A stretch of DNA of 45,689 nucleotides from a virus. Taxonomy: Duplodnaviria; Caudoviricetes. The notes beneath the pieces were generated by a model that worked only from the letters and a program-made list of their open reading frames with translations, had not been told where the DNA came from and did no database searches. The translations under genes were made by a program, and so were the position numbers. Shown piece by piece: positions 27,501-34,973 of the stretch. How positions within the stretch are numbered: position 1 is the first letter of the stretch; each line of letters begins with the position of its first letter. Where the stretch lies: IMG/VR virus record IMGVR_UViG_3300025875_000051, positions 1 to 45,689 of that record. The stretch is one strand, 5' to 3'.

Positions 27501-27800
27501 GGCTCGATCGCCTCGGGCTTCGACTACTCGTTCACGCCAGCGCAGCGCATCGCAGAAACCGGGGTGAAGGCTGGCGAGGACGTTGTGGCCTTGGTGGACG
27601 GCGACGAAGAAACCGAACCCTCTGACAAGTCGGTGAAAACCGCCGTTGAGGCGGTGGGCTATGCCGCGAAGCTGCCGCTCGGGCAGGTGGCTAACGCGTT
27701 GCAATTCATCAGCGATTGGGCCAGTGGCGAAGTCGAGCCCGATGGGGTAGGAGAGTGGTTGAGCGGCTTGCAGCGCGGCAAGCTGGAAGAGGACGAATAG
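21576..27800 (+). CDS. Large internal virion/ejection protein (gp16-like, polyvalent-protein type)
   Basis: 2074 aa, mostly helical; HETSH (HExxH) at 24081-24095; hydrophobic segments near both ends; position before the tailspike. Confidence 0.8.
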   Translation: MPGWADRERARRASQDQDTAPTNGPAWVQRERLRQAGHANVEDALVAAYGSDLTPEAAQQTSNLARQTGVPFDVASRNQAELQKRQRFTKLRGIMQDAPDYLRTYLSDPRNVQGADLDDVQGLKKLARAHEYWRERLKDQGSIKALRTEANTSTYLTGLWTSLTERTKATGQGSRMVASDLSTRLGIRSERENARTVADASRRIDSAQGHIQMTTPQFESGTAQGVYSGLSSTLQQLPALAVGAATGGAGALALMGGQVGLEAYGKYRARGGTAGEALLGGGGEAAVEVATELGPTKFLLGALKGTGWAKKLGYSFGSDVAGEQVATMAQDALDTAIANPDATWAQYWAERPEAAYQTFIATLTQSAVMGGGVGALRLATRQQEAQAGADVLDTIMATSADIKQRQNDPEGFRAYIDGLAQGTPIENVHIPAEAVRALFQDGFEADDFWNGYAEEISEAEAIGGDVVIPLADVATHLAGTPQWDVLKDEARFSAGGMSLAELASLEETYRADIEQQQGAMAEQMRAAMEAAAPAAQVFDRYNQAFLDAGFRPDVSRAYAMHWAENRRVRGEALGMNALEYDQQNPVEITRRLPEKLAGQVRQADGLDIAIAAMRGGKAPGTNDGPSLVEFIASKGGVEDVGGDIASMGGNDWHRDKKFRRKLLKDFVPTQGTILGEEYNPNSIENLFAAAIHEGYFPDLLAAWADRAEKLDTGIFLEAVGAELSGAPIYRHDPNKETETARVREAAEELRRVLIEADIDPDTATRKEIEAVIDRQQAGQGPDGRALEQYVGTFDPADPRILHQNNRGRVSGGIISGTPGPTLIELFDNSDLSSVIHETSHVWLEELERDAAHPDAPDWLRRDWQTVQDWFAENGQPVAADGTIPVEAHEMFARAGEQHAMEGKAPSSALRSVFAGFRRWLLRVYEVVQNLRTPLNDEVRRVFDRMVATQDEIDAAADHQNIDARFANAAQAGMTEAQFAAYRQVADEARNEAYDALLFRTMASLRRERTAEWKAQRAKVREEVAASVHNRPMFRAYHLLRTGRFLNEPGREPVKVKLDREWLVERYGADALGLIPKMVPPLYKADGQDADLIAEMSGFASGDEMVRALMGIEQQRQLMREAGMRGNVMERVIDDETAAIMEERYGNPLDDGSIEDEAMAAIHNDSQGDVIAAENRALSRRTNKRPTAYSMAREWARQKVASGRVVDVASRSAIQGYARAQAKAANAFEQALLADDVEEAFRQSEIRLINHALIVEAKKAADLIDKAVERLGKIAKTRTRKSIDQGYLERAHALLAKFEFRPRSQKALDEMAAFADWAAGQAALGIDVKVPPRLEADGEHWSRVTVEELIGLDESVAQLIHLGRKKQEFIDAGEKRDFDQVVAEAIAVMESVPQRKRSDRMTPTRWEEFKTDVATADAALLKMERVIDWLDADDPNGVFNRLVFQPLAEAQHKEREMIDEYIGAVKTAFGKLPKGTHKRWAEPIRTELLDPETGRPFVLTRQDLVSAALNIGNEGNLAKLVGGYRWNEEALMRVLEAEMRPEDWAFVQEMWDLVETLWPQIEAMERRVNGVAPPKVERREFSVTSGGQTIQMAGGYYPVVYDPTRDQDTKAQAAKNDDLFSASYGRATTSQGFTKERTQVKRPVLLSLSVLNRHLGEVIHDITHREPIMQADKLLSDRRIIKAATDAIGAPIFDQFRPWLRHVANEWAVDHRGLGTWERIAKSLRSRATMMGMGLRLTTIVAQGAGYAGIMEMIGPRWMASGAKAVGDPTREEAAFEFVMSRSKEVPHRMSTMDRDINANLKEMQGQTSMDAQVRRFAFHGIGYADRAVAIPGWLGAYNKALHEGMIESEAIHYADKVIRSTQGAGAAKDLSAVQRATGWQQLATMFYSYAAAFYNRQRALGRDVSRAAQERDAAALPGLLARSWWLFAVSPLLGSLPSAMMGGGGPEDDETWTEWAAWTMFANLFYGIPLVRDVAGSIASGFDYSFTPAQRIAETGVKAGEDVVALVDGDEETEPSDKSVKTAVEAVGYAAKLPLGQVANALQFISDWASGEVEPDGVGEWLSGLQRGKLEEDE

Positions 27801-27809
27801 GGGGCACCT

Positions 27810-29501
27810 ATGACGATCAACACCGCCGAAGTCGTAGCAGGACCGTACACGCTCAACGGGGTCGCCACGACGTTCCCCTTCGGGTTTCAGGTGCTCGACA
27901 AGCGCGAAGTGAGAGCCGAGATTGACGGCGGGCTGGTGGACAGTTCGCAATATCAGGTGGCGCTCAACGCCGATGGCACCGGCTCAATCACCTTCTTCGT
28001 CCCACGCTACAGCGGCAAGCTGTCGATCTATTCGGCGCCCGCCTTTCACCAGCCGGTCGCGCTGGAAAATCAGGGACCGTATTTTCAAAGCATCGTCGAA
28101 GAGGGGCTGGACCGAGCGACCGTGCTGGCCCTCTGGCTCAAGGCGCGCATTGACCGGCTGGTTCCGACCGGCCTGTTCGGCGCGGCGGCGGGGAAGTTCC
28201 TCGCCTGGGACGCGCTCAACCGGCCCTTTCTGTCGAGCGGCACCGGCTCCGACGCGGGGCTGCGGGTTGATCTGACCGAAGCGAACGGCGCGGCCCTGAT
28301 CCGCTACGGCGAGCGCACACTGCTGGAAAAGAGCGACGACGTTACCAGCGCGAAAGACAAGGGCGCGATCGGAGGGCGCACCAGCCCGTTCCCTGACGAC
28401 ACGGCGGCGCTGCAACGGCTGCTCGACGACACGGGCACCTTTGCCGGGGATATGTCGTTCGGTGCGGGGTATGTCCCTGCCGGGCTCTATCGCCTCTCGG
28501 CCTCGCTGGTGCCGCAGAACTACAGCAGGCTCGAAGGCACCGGCCCTTACCAGTCCGTGCTCTATAACCAGCAGGATCAGTTGGCCGCGCCCGCTTTCAA
28601 GGTCGAGGGCGTCATGGCCTTCTGCGCGATCGGCAAGCTGGGCGCGCGGGGCTATGCCTCGTTCCTCGATGTGGGTGCCGACACGGACAACAATCTGTTC
28701 GAGGATATCGTTGCGTTCGGGATGACCGACGCTGGGTTCCGGTTTCGCGGCGCGCTCTACACCAGCGAGTTTCACCGGGTCGAAGTCGCATCCAGCGCGC
28801 GCGGCGTGGTGGTGCAGGGGCTCGCGAACTGCAATCGCTTCTATGATCCCGAGTTCAAGAACCTCACGGGCGACGCCTTCACCTTCAACGGGTCGGAGGA
28901 CACGCACATCATCGGCGCGCGGGTCGAGGGGCCGAAGGTGCCGGGCAAGGCGCTGGTGCGGCTCGCCAGCGGCAAGAACCACATCGTCTTCACGGGCGGC
29001 TACATCGAAGGCGCGATGCAATATCTGGTCGATGGGACCGGCGCCGACGAAAGCGTGGTGGTCTTCGACGGAGTGCATTTCACCTATTACGACGCGGCCA
29101 CGGCCTACGGGATTTTGAATATCGACAACGTGCGGCTGGTGTTCCGCAACTGTCATTCGACGATCCCGATGGAAGTGCGGCCCGATGCGGTGCTGGAAGG
29201 GCGGAACACGAATATCTACCAAGCCCTGCCTTCGCTGGCCGCGACGACGACGCTGACCGTGCCGCGCGGTAGGGACGTGGCGATCGTCACGGCAGGCGAT
29301 CCGATCGAGGCGATCACGGGTGGCCCCGATTATTACGGGCACCGGATCACGCTGCTGTTCAACGCCGCGACGACGGTGCGCGATGCGGTTGGAAACCTGA
29401 AACTGGCGGGCGATCTGGTCGCCGCGCCGAACGACACGCTCACGCTGGTCAACGACGTGACGCATTGGCGCGAGATGGCGCGGAGCGTGAACGGTGTCTG
29501 A
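27810..29501 (+). CDS. Tailspike/tail fibre with pectate-lyase-like beta-helix
   Basis: T7 gp17-type anchor (NGVATTFPFGF...E.GLDR), then GA.G....DDTAALQR...YVPAG.Y, a beta-helix and a C-terminal NLKLAGD...DTLTL domain. Confidence 0.88.
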   Translation: MTINTAEVVAGPYTLNGVATTFPFGFQVLDKREVRAEIDGGLVDSSQYQVALNADGTGSITFFVPRYSGKLSIYSAPAFHQPVALENQGPYFQSIVEEGLDRATVLALWLKARIDRLVPTGLFGAAAGKFLAWDALNRPFLSSGTGSDAGLRVDLTEANGAALIRYGERTLLEKSDDVTSAKDKGAIGGRTSPFPDDTAALQRLLDDTGTFAGDMSFGAGYVPAGLYRLSASLVPQNYSRLEGTGPYQSVLYNQQDQLAAPAFKVEGVMAFCAIGKLGARGYASFLDVGADTDNNLFEDIVAFGMTDAGFRFRGALYTSEFHRVEVASSARGVVVQGLANCNRFYDPEFKNLTGDAFTFNGSEDTHIIGARVEGPKVPGKALVRLASGKNHIVFTGGYIEGAMQYLVDGTGADESVVVFDGVHFTYYDAATAYGILNIDNVRLVFRNCHSTIPMEVRPDAVLEGRNTNIYQALPSLAATTTLTVPRGRDVAIVTAGDPIEAITGGPDYYGHRITLLFNAATTVRDAVGNLKLAGDLVAAPNDTLTLVNDVTHWREMARSVNGV

Positions 29502-29856
29502 TAGCCTCCCGACAGGCGACGGTAACGCGGCGCAGACGCGGTTGATTGCGGAACAGGTGGCGAGGGCTGTTGTGGTCGAAGTCAATGCGGAACGTGGCCC
29601 GCCGCGCCGGGAACTTGCCGAGATACCTCCGACGCTGAAATGGGCCGGGGCAATCGCTGCCGTCCTCATGACGGTTGGCGTCGGCGGCATGGCAAGCTGG
29701 CTCGTCACGTCGGTTAGCGAAATGCAGGTGACGCTCGCCCGCATGGATGAGCGCATGGCATCGCAGAACAATTCGCAGGACGGGCGCTATACCGATCTGA
29801 CCCGCCGCGTGGACACGCTGGAAGGCTATCACCACAACGGAAGGGATGAGAAATGA
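29494..29856 (+). CDS. Single-TM coiled-coil protein (lysis-associated hypothetical)
   Basis: TM segment WAGAIAAVLMTVGVGGMASWLV followed by a heptad helix; immediately before the endolysin. Confidence 0.7.
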   Translation: MSDSLPTGDGNAAQTRLIAEQVARAVVVEVNAERGPPRRELAEIPPTLKWAGAIAAVLMTVGVGGMASWLVTSVSEMQVTLARMDERMASQNNSQDGRYTDLTRRVDTLEGYHHNGRDEK

Positions 29857-30560
29857 GCGAGCCTTACAAGCCGATCTTCGACGCGGTGCGCGCAATGGTG
29901 AAGCCTCACACGTCCGAAAACCTGTTCAATAATCCCGGCAATGTCTCGCTGCTGAACCGGGCAATCTCCGAAGTCGCGGCGTGTGCGGCCGGGGTGACGC
30001 CGCCCGCCTTGCCTGCGCTGCTGACGCTTGAGGACATGATAGAGGCGACGATCGGCCACGAAGGGCACTACGTCGATCATCCCGACGATCGCGGCGGAGA
30101 AACCTGCTGGGGCATTACGAAGTGGGTTGCTCGCAAGAACGGCTATCTCGGCCCGATGCGGAGCCTGCCGCGCGAGGAAGCGGTTCGCATCTACCGCGAC
30201 GAATATGCGATCAAGCCCGGCTTCGATGTGGTGGCCGAGGTGTTCCCGCGCGTCGCGGCCGAGCTGTTCGATACCGGCGTGAACATGGGGCCGCGCTGGC
30301 CCGCCCTCTGGCTGCAAATGTCGCTCAATGCCTTCAACCGGCAGGCGGCCGACTATCCCGACATCAAAGAGGACATGGAGATCGGCCCCGCGACGATGGC
30401 GGCCCTGCGCGCCTACAAGGCCAAGCGCGGCGCGAGCGGCGAGGAAGTGCTGCTGAAGGCGCTGAACAGCCTGCAGGGCGGGCGCTATATCGAACTGACG
30501 CGCGGGCGCCCCCGGAACGAGAGCTTCGCCTTCGGGTGGTTCAAGCGGGTGGCGCTATGA
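29853..30560 (+). CDS. Endolysin, glycoside hydrolase family 108 with peptidoglycan-binding C-terminus
   Basis: EGHYVDHPDDRGGETCWGIT, LFDTGVNMG, IGP.T..AL, F.FGW..RV. Confidence 0.92.
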   Translation: MSEPYKPIFDAVRAMVKPHTSENLFNNPGNVSLLNRAISEVAACAAGVTPPALPALLTLEDMIEATIGHEGHYVDHPDDRGGETCWGITKWVARKNGYLGPMRSLPREEAVRIYRDEYAIKPGFDVVAEVFPRVAAELFDTGVNMGPRWPALWLQMSLNAFNRQAADYPDIKEDMEIGPATMAALRAYKAKRGASGEEVLLKALNSLQGGRYIELTRGRPRNESFAFGWFKRVAL

Positions 30561-30829
30561 CCGAGAGCACTGAAGAGGCGGCCGGGCGCCCGATCCCCGC
30601 GACGATCCCCATGCCGGACCATCCGATCCGGCACACGGCTGGGTGGCATATCTACATTCGTCTCACGCGAGCGACGCTGGAATGGATCACCGCGCTCGGC
30701 GTCGGGCATGCGTTCCTCGTCGGCCCTTGGCTTCGTCCAGTTAGTGACGGGCACATGGCGCAGCTTCTCGGCTTCGCCCTCATCCTGTTCGGCGTGCGCA
30801 CCTATGAAAAAACGAAGGGCGTTGCCTGA
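30557..30829 (+). CDS. Holin (GTA holin 3TM-like C-terminus)
   Basis: ATGA overlap; two hydrophobic segments; ends LFGVRTYEKTKGVA. Confidence 0.7.
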   Translation: MTESTEEAAGRPIPATIPMPDHPIRHTAGWHIYIRLTRATLEWITALGVGHAFLVGPWLRPVSDGHMAQLLGFALILFGVRTYEKTKGVA

Positions 30830-30848
30830 TCCAAGGAGATCCAGAAAA

Positions 30849-31208
30849 ATGCCCTATTTATTCGGACACGCATTGCCGTGGAAATACATCAGCCTCGGCC
30901 TGCTCGCCCTGGCGATCGTCGTTAGCCTGCTGGCCCTGATCGACCGCTATGGCGATGCGCGGTATGATGCGGGCGCGGCCGATCAGAACGAGGCGTGGCG
31001 CGTGGCTGCGGAGCATCTGAAGCGGCAAAGCGAGCAAGCGGCAGGCGTGGCCGATCGCACGGCTGACCAGCGAGCGGCGGCCTATGGCGAGAAGGCGGAA
31101 GCCCTCAAGGAAAGGATCGACAATGCGGAACGCGCTGGCCTTAGCCCTCTCGATGTTCTGTTTGGCAGCGTGCCAGACAGTGACCGAAGCAACCGCCCTT
31201 CGCCCTGA
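30849..31208 (+). CDS. Inner-membrane spanin (Rz-like)
   Basis: N-terminal TM followed by an Ala-rich coiled coil; follows the holin. Confidence 0.75.
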   Translation: MPYLFGHALPWKYISLGLLALAIVVSLLALIDRYGDARYDAGAADQNEAWRVAAEHLKRQSEQAAGVADRTADQRAAAYGEKAEALKERIDNAERAGLSPLDVLFGSVPDSDRSNRPSP

Positions 31209-31458
31209 TCTAGACCATCCCGACCGCATGGTGTGCGAGGCGGCGGCCGGGCGTCCGATCATCCCTCCCGAATATGTGATCGACTGGCCTGCGGTGCAGT
31301 CCGTGGATCAGGCGCGCGGGGAGCACGAAGCGTTCGTGGCCCGGCTGCGCGCGCGCGAGGCGGTGGTCGCTGGGTATCTGGTCGATATTGAGGGGCGGCT
31401 GTTCGTCTGCTCGAACAACGCGCAATGGTGGCGGGACTATTGGGCGGGGCTGGACTAG
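31123..31458 (+). CDS. Outer-membrane spanin lipoprotein (Rz1-like)
   Basis: RBS AAGGA; signal peptide with lipobox LAAC; overlaps the i-spanin 3' end. Confidence 0.8.
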   Translation: MRNALALALSMFCLAACQTVTEATALRPDLDHPDRMVCEAAAGRPIIPPEYVIDWPAVQSVDQARGEHEAFVARLRAREAVVAGYLVDIEGRLFVCSNNAQWWRDYWAGLD

Positions 31459-31955
31459 TCCCGCCCATAGGCGCGTGCGACCCGCGCTGAAATAAGGTCG
31501 AGGTTATCCAGTTCGTAATCGTCGGGGGCGATATCCCGCTTTGATCGCGGGACGAAGGGCGGCTTCGGTGGTGGTGGAGGCGGCGGCGGGGGTGGTGGCT
31601 TCACGGTGATTTTTTCCGGCCCCCATATCAGCCCCGCTGCCACGTCTTCCAACACCAGTTCGCGAACCTCTTGGATTTGCGCGGCATACTTGGGATCGCG
31701 TGCCGCATAGACCGCCGCCTGCCTCACGCCATTGATGACGCTCGAATGATCGCGCCCTCCCATGCGTGCGCCGATCAGCGGATAGGATAGCTTCGTCATT
31801 TCCCGCGCCAGCGTATAGACCGCGAAGCGGGCCAAGGTGTTCTTCCGAAGCCGGTTCGGGCTGCGGAAGGTGGCGGGCGGCACCTTGAAAACCTGGGATG
31901 CGCGAAGGATGATTGAGGCCACGGTGGGCCGGGGTACTGGTTGCTCGTCACTCAT
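31455..31955 (-). CDS. Stand-alone DnaA C-terminal (domain IV) HTH protein with poly-Pro tail
   Basis: R.R....AR....L.RE.T.LSYP.IG..MGGRDHSSV matches DnaA domain IV; no AAA+ domain. Confidence 0.85.
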   Translation of the reverse strand: MSDEQPVPRPTVASIILRASQVFKVPPATFRSPNRLRKNTLARFAVYTLAREMTKLSYPLIGARMGGRDHSSVINGVRQAAVYAARDPKYAAQIQEVRELVLEDVAAGLIWGPEKITVKPPPPPPPPPPPKPPFVPRSKRDIAPDDYELDNLDLISARVARAYGRD

Positions 31956-32022
31956 AGGTTCGTTCTCTTGATGGGCAGACTATTCTCCCGGTCTGCCAGC
32001 GGTCGTCGCGCAATCTGCGCGT

Positions 32023-32268
32023 CTATTCCTTGGCGTCGGGCGTGGTGGGCGCGGCGGGCTTGGCCTCTTCGGGCTTCACCTCTTCTCCGGCCGTCTCCAT
32101 TTCGACGCCTTCCTTGGCCCATTGCATCGCCTCTTTCATCGACACGGGCTCGGCACCGAACGACGTGCGAGCGACATGGCCAATGGCGGCAACGCGGGTG
32201 CGGGCCTCCACCAGCCGGGGCTTCTCGCCTTCGACAGCGCCCTCGCGGGTCACGATGTATGCGGTCAT
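32023..32268 (-). CDS. Hypothetical protein, 81 aa
   Basis: RBS AAGGA; YIV......RLVEA.....AI.HVA motif seen in phage small proteins. Confidence 0.7.
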   Translation of the reverse strand: MTAYIVTREGAVEGEKPRLVEARTRVAAIGHVARTSFGAEPVSMKEAMQWAKEGVEMETAGEEVKPEEAKPAAPTTPDAKE

Positions 32269-32316
32269 TCTTGTTTCCTTCGTTCACGGGTTGCGCTGGA
32301 ACCGCCAGCGCGCGGG

Positions 32317-33105
32317 TTACTCAACCTCGTCCGTCTCGGCGTCCTCGATCGGTTCATCACTGAACAGCGCGGCGGTGTCGGGGCGGGTGGCTTCGATCGT
32401 CTCAATGTCGCGTTCTTCCTCGACGATGCCCATTCCGTGCAGCACGTCGGAAAAACCCATACGGCTCGCCTTGGCCCGCGCGCGGTTGAACAGCATGTCC
32501 TTCGGGTAATAGACCCACGGCTTTTTCTTGTGGTTCATCCACAAGCCAGCGCGCTTCGCATCATCGACGGTGAACTCGCCAACGTAGGGCATCCCCTGAC
32601 CTTGACGCCACATGACGACGCGGTAGCCGTAGCTGCTATCCCACTTGTCGGGCGACTGGTCGGGCTGGGGCTGCGGGCCAATCGCGCGCACCTCCATCGA
32701 TCGCAGTTCGCCCGAACGCTGGATCAGCGCCACAGCAAGGTCGCCCCACACGGTCGGGCGGTTGTTGATAATCATGATCCCGTTGAGCCCGGTGATCGGA
32801 GGCACGCCAATCTCGACCGATTTCATCAGGCCGATAATCAGCTTGGCGCGCGTCTCTCGCACCCAACGGTCGCGGTCGTCGGCTCCGCTCTCATAGCTGG
32901 CGGGCACGCATCCCGCGTCTAGCAGCAGCCCTGCCAGCCGGGCATATTCGGCGGGGTTCTGCGGGATCATCGCGGCCAGCGCGCCGCCTGCGGTGAATGG
33001 CACAATCTCGCGGGGCTCTCGTTCGCGAAGGGCAGGGGTTTGATCGACCGGCGCGCCGGGCGGGGCAATCTCGGGGGCATCAATCTGCTGGGGTTCGTCG
33101 GACAT
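32317..33105 (-). CDS. RecT-like single-strand annealing recombinase
   Basis: RBS AAGGAG; IINNRPTVWGD, FTVDDAKRAGLW, PW..YP..ML..RAR.....F.DVL.G. Confidence 0.75.
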   Translation of the reverse strand: MSDEPQQIDAPEIAPPGAPVDQTPALREREPREIVPFTAGGALAAMIPQNPAEYARLAGLLLDAGCVPASYESGADDRDRWVRETRAKLIIGLMKSVEIGVPPITGLNGIMIINNRPTVWGDLAVALIQRSGELRSMEVRAIGPQPQPDQSPDKWDSSYGYRVVMWRQGQGMPYVGEFTVDDAKRAGLWMNHKKKPWVYYPKDMLFNRARAKASRMGFSDVLHGMGIVEEERDIETIEATRPDTAALFSDEPIEDAETDEVE

Positions 33106-33116
33106 GGATGCTCCTT

Positions 33117-33299
33117 TCAGGCGGTGGCAAGGCGAAGATGCGGGTTGAGGGTGCGCTGCTGGTACTGCCAAGTCAGGCGGGCGACTTCCTCGCGGAGAAT
33201 GTCGAGCGCTTCTTGCGACATGCGCTGCACGGCGATGCGATCGGCCAGCAGGGTATTGATCGCGTCGATCGACAGTTGAATGAAGTGGTGTTCAGGCAT
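33117..33299 (-). CDS. Hypothetical protein, 60 aa
   Basis: RBS AAGGAG before MPEHH; packed operon. Confidence 0.6.
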   Translation of the reverse strand: MPEHHFIQLSIDAINTLLADRIAVQRMSQEALDILREEVARLTWQYQQRTLNPHLRLATA

Positions 33300-33480
33300 C
33301 GGGCGTCGCTCCTTTCGATTTGAGCGCAGCGTGAATGTCGCCAAGTTTAACGACGATCACATACGCGGAAAGAAAGATTGCCGCTGGCGTCGGGTCAATA
33401 AACGCAAAGAACAATCCTGCAATAAGGAGTGCCCAAGCCTCCACGCCGCTTTCGAGTTTGTTTTTTAGGTTATTCGGCAT
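33292..33480 (-). CDS. Small two-TM membrane protein
   Basis: AWALLIAGLFFAFI and AAIFLSAYVIVV hydrophobic segments. Confidence 0.6.
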   Translation of the reverse strand: MPNNLKNKLESGVEAWALLIAGLFFAFIDPTPAAIFLSAYVIVVKLGDIHAALKSKGATPDA

Positions 33481-33700
33481 CGGTGTTCCCCAGGTGAGCA
33501 AAAACCTTGTCCTCGACCAGCGCCAATGGCACGAACATTTCTATCACTTCATCCTCGCCAACGTGCGAATTGCTTCGACCATCAGCCACCTCAAGACCAA
33601 CCACGCTCTCCTGCCCGACACCGCCGAGATAGACACCTGTGATACGCCAAGCGCGGATGCTTCTACGATGCGGGAGGATTACAAAATCACCGGGCTTCAT
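33470..33700 (-). CDS. Hypothetical protein, 76 aa (beta-rich, SH3-like start MKPGDFV)
   Basis: ATGA overlap; packed operon. Confidence 0.65.
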   Translation of the reverse strand: MKPGDFVILPHRRSIRAWRITGVYLGGVGQESVVGLEVADGRSNSHVGEDEVIEMFVPLALVEDKVFAHLGNTDAE

Positions 33701-34254
33701 CGGTTTTCCCCTATAACGCTGCGGGCAATTTCTGCTGCTATGACAGGCAAATCATTATGCGCTGGGGTGCCTTCTAATTTGAAATAGAACGGATGAGCAG
33801 TAAGCGCCTTACGCATTTTACCTATTAATTCGAGCAGGCTAACTGCCTCCACCGGCTCTGCGTCCTTGCCCGCATCGTCACCGGTGTTCCCCTGCGCGGA
33901 GAGAGCGGCGTGCCAGTTGTCCAGCGCCTCTTGCCCGTCCGTTTCGGGATCGGTCCCGGCGGCACAGTCATACAGCAACCGCGGGCTTTCTCCCCTAACT
34001 ATGTCTCGCAAGCGTTCTAATTCCCACGCGATGTTTTTACCCGCCTCCACTACATCATCGCCAGCGTTACCGGATGGGCGGGTGGAGAGGCTTTGTTCGA
34101 AGCGGGCGAAGGCTTGAAGCACGTCGGCATATCTGACGGCCTGCAACAGATATTGCTCACCATCGATAAACGTGCGCGTGGCGAACGCTTTGTCGTCGAA
34201 AAGTTGCTGGACAGCGTTTTGCGCTTCCTGCGTAACGGTCACTTCCTCGGTCAT
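33697..34254 (-). CDS. Mosaic hypothetical protein, 185 aa
   Basis: RBS GGAGG, ATGA overlap; repeated GN.GDD linkers; AT-rich 3' end. Confidence 0.65.
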   Translation of the reverse strand: MTEEVTVTQEAQNAVQQLFDDKAFATRTFIDGEQYLLQAVRYADVLQAFARFEQSLSTRPSGNAGDDVVEAGKNIAWELERLRDIVRGESPRLLYDCAAGTDPETDGQEALDNWHAALSAQGNTGDDAGKDAEPVEAVSLLELIGKMRKALTAHPFYFKLEGTPAHNDLPVIAAEIARSVIGENR

Positions 34255-34490
34255 GGCTTGCCTCCGATCATGGTGTGAATGACCGTGGCGATGCGTCCAA
34301 AGGCTACGCGCCACGGGCTGCTGTGTTCTTCCGTGACCACGGGCGACGCTGCCAACGGCTCCGGCCAAGGGAAGTAGGCCCAGCATCCGGGGCAAATCGC
34401 TTTTCCGGGTGTCTTGGACCGGCGCAGGGTCGTTTCATCGTAAGGGCAATGACCGTCCACCTTTGCGCCTCTGGCATTCTCAAGCGTCAT
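34251..34490 (-). CDS. Hypothetical protein, 79 aa, two CP motifs
   Basis: ATGA overlaps at both ends; HCPY...ICPGC. Confidence 0.65.
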   Translation of the reverse strand: MTLENARGAKVDGHCPYDETTLRRSKTPGKAICPGCWAYFPWPEPLAASPVVTEEHSSPWRVAFGRIATVIHTMIGGKP

Positions 34491-34771
34491 GGCTTTTCCT
34501 TTCGGGTGAGGGCGCGGATGGCGCGAGCGATCTCGTGCGGCGATGGACTTCTCAATGGTATGCCATTGCGCGGATCGCCAACCAAAAAGCTGACCGCAGT
34601 GTGCGCCGCTTCCTCCAGTGCCTCGTCCCGCGCCTTGGCCAGTTCGCCTTCAATCTGGGTGATGCGGGTGGCTGCATGATCGAGGGCGATGGCGGTCAAT
34701 GACGACTTGCGAAGCCCGCCGTAGCTTGCGGCTCGCACGCGGCACAGTGCGATCAGGCGTTCGTTATCCAT
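34487..34771 (-). CDS. Hypothetical protein, 94 aa
   Basis: ARDEALEEAA...IARAIRAL motif common in phage early small genes. Confidence 0.7.
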   Translation of the reverse strand: MDNERLIALCRVRAASYGGLRKSSLTAIALDHAATRITQIEGELAKARDEALEEAAHTAVSFLVGDPRNGIPLRSPSPHEIARAIRALTRKEKP

Positions 34772-34973
34772 TGCGCGGGCACTGCCAATCGCACTCTTCG
34801 GACCCGGCCTTTGAGCAATAGCCGTCAGGCATCATGCCGCAGTCGAAGTCGTCTTCCGTGTCCTCGTAGTCGCCGTCGCAATCGAAGTCGCAATCGGGAT
34901 CACCGCAGACTGGACAAGCGAAACTCGCCAGCCATGCGTTGTGCGCGTCCATGCGCTCTTTCGCGGTGCTCAT
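34764..34973 (-). CDS. Cys-rich, highly acidic 69-aa protein
   Basis: RBS AAGGAG, ATGA overlap; 8 Cys and 18 Asp/Glu in 69 aa. Confidence 0.7.
   Translation of the reverse strand: MSTAKERMDAHNAWLASFACPVCGDPDCDFDCDGDYEDTEDDFDCGMMPDGYCSKAGSEECDWQCPRNG

Noticed and set aside
24066-27950. Very long antisense ORFs (1294 aa here; also 18832-21654, 12234-14567, 6026-8224)
   Set aside because: They are shadows of high-GC sense genes, Arg/Ala/His-rich and without motifs.
27810-29501. Diversity-generating retroelement, suggested by the BPP-1-like virion genes
   Set aside because: No reverse transcriptase, Avd or TR/VR repeat pair seen anywhere.
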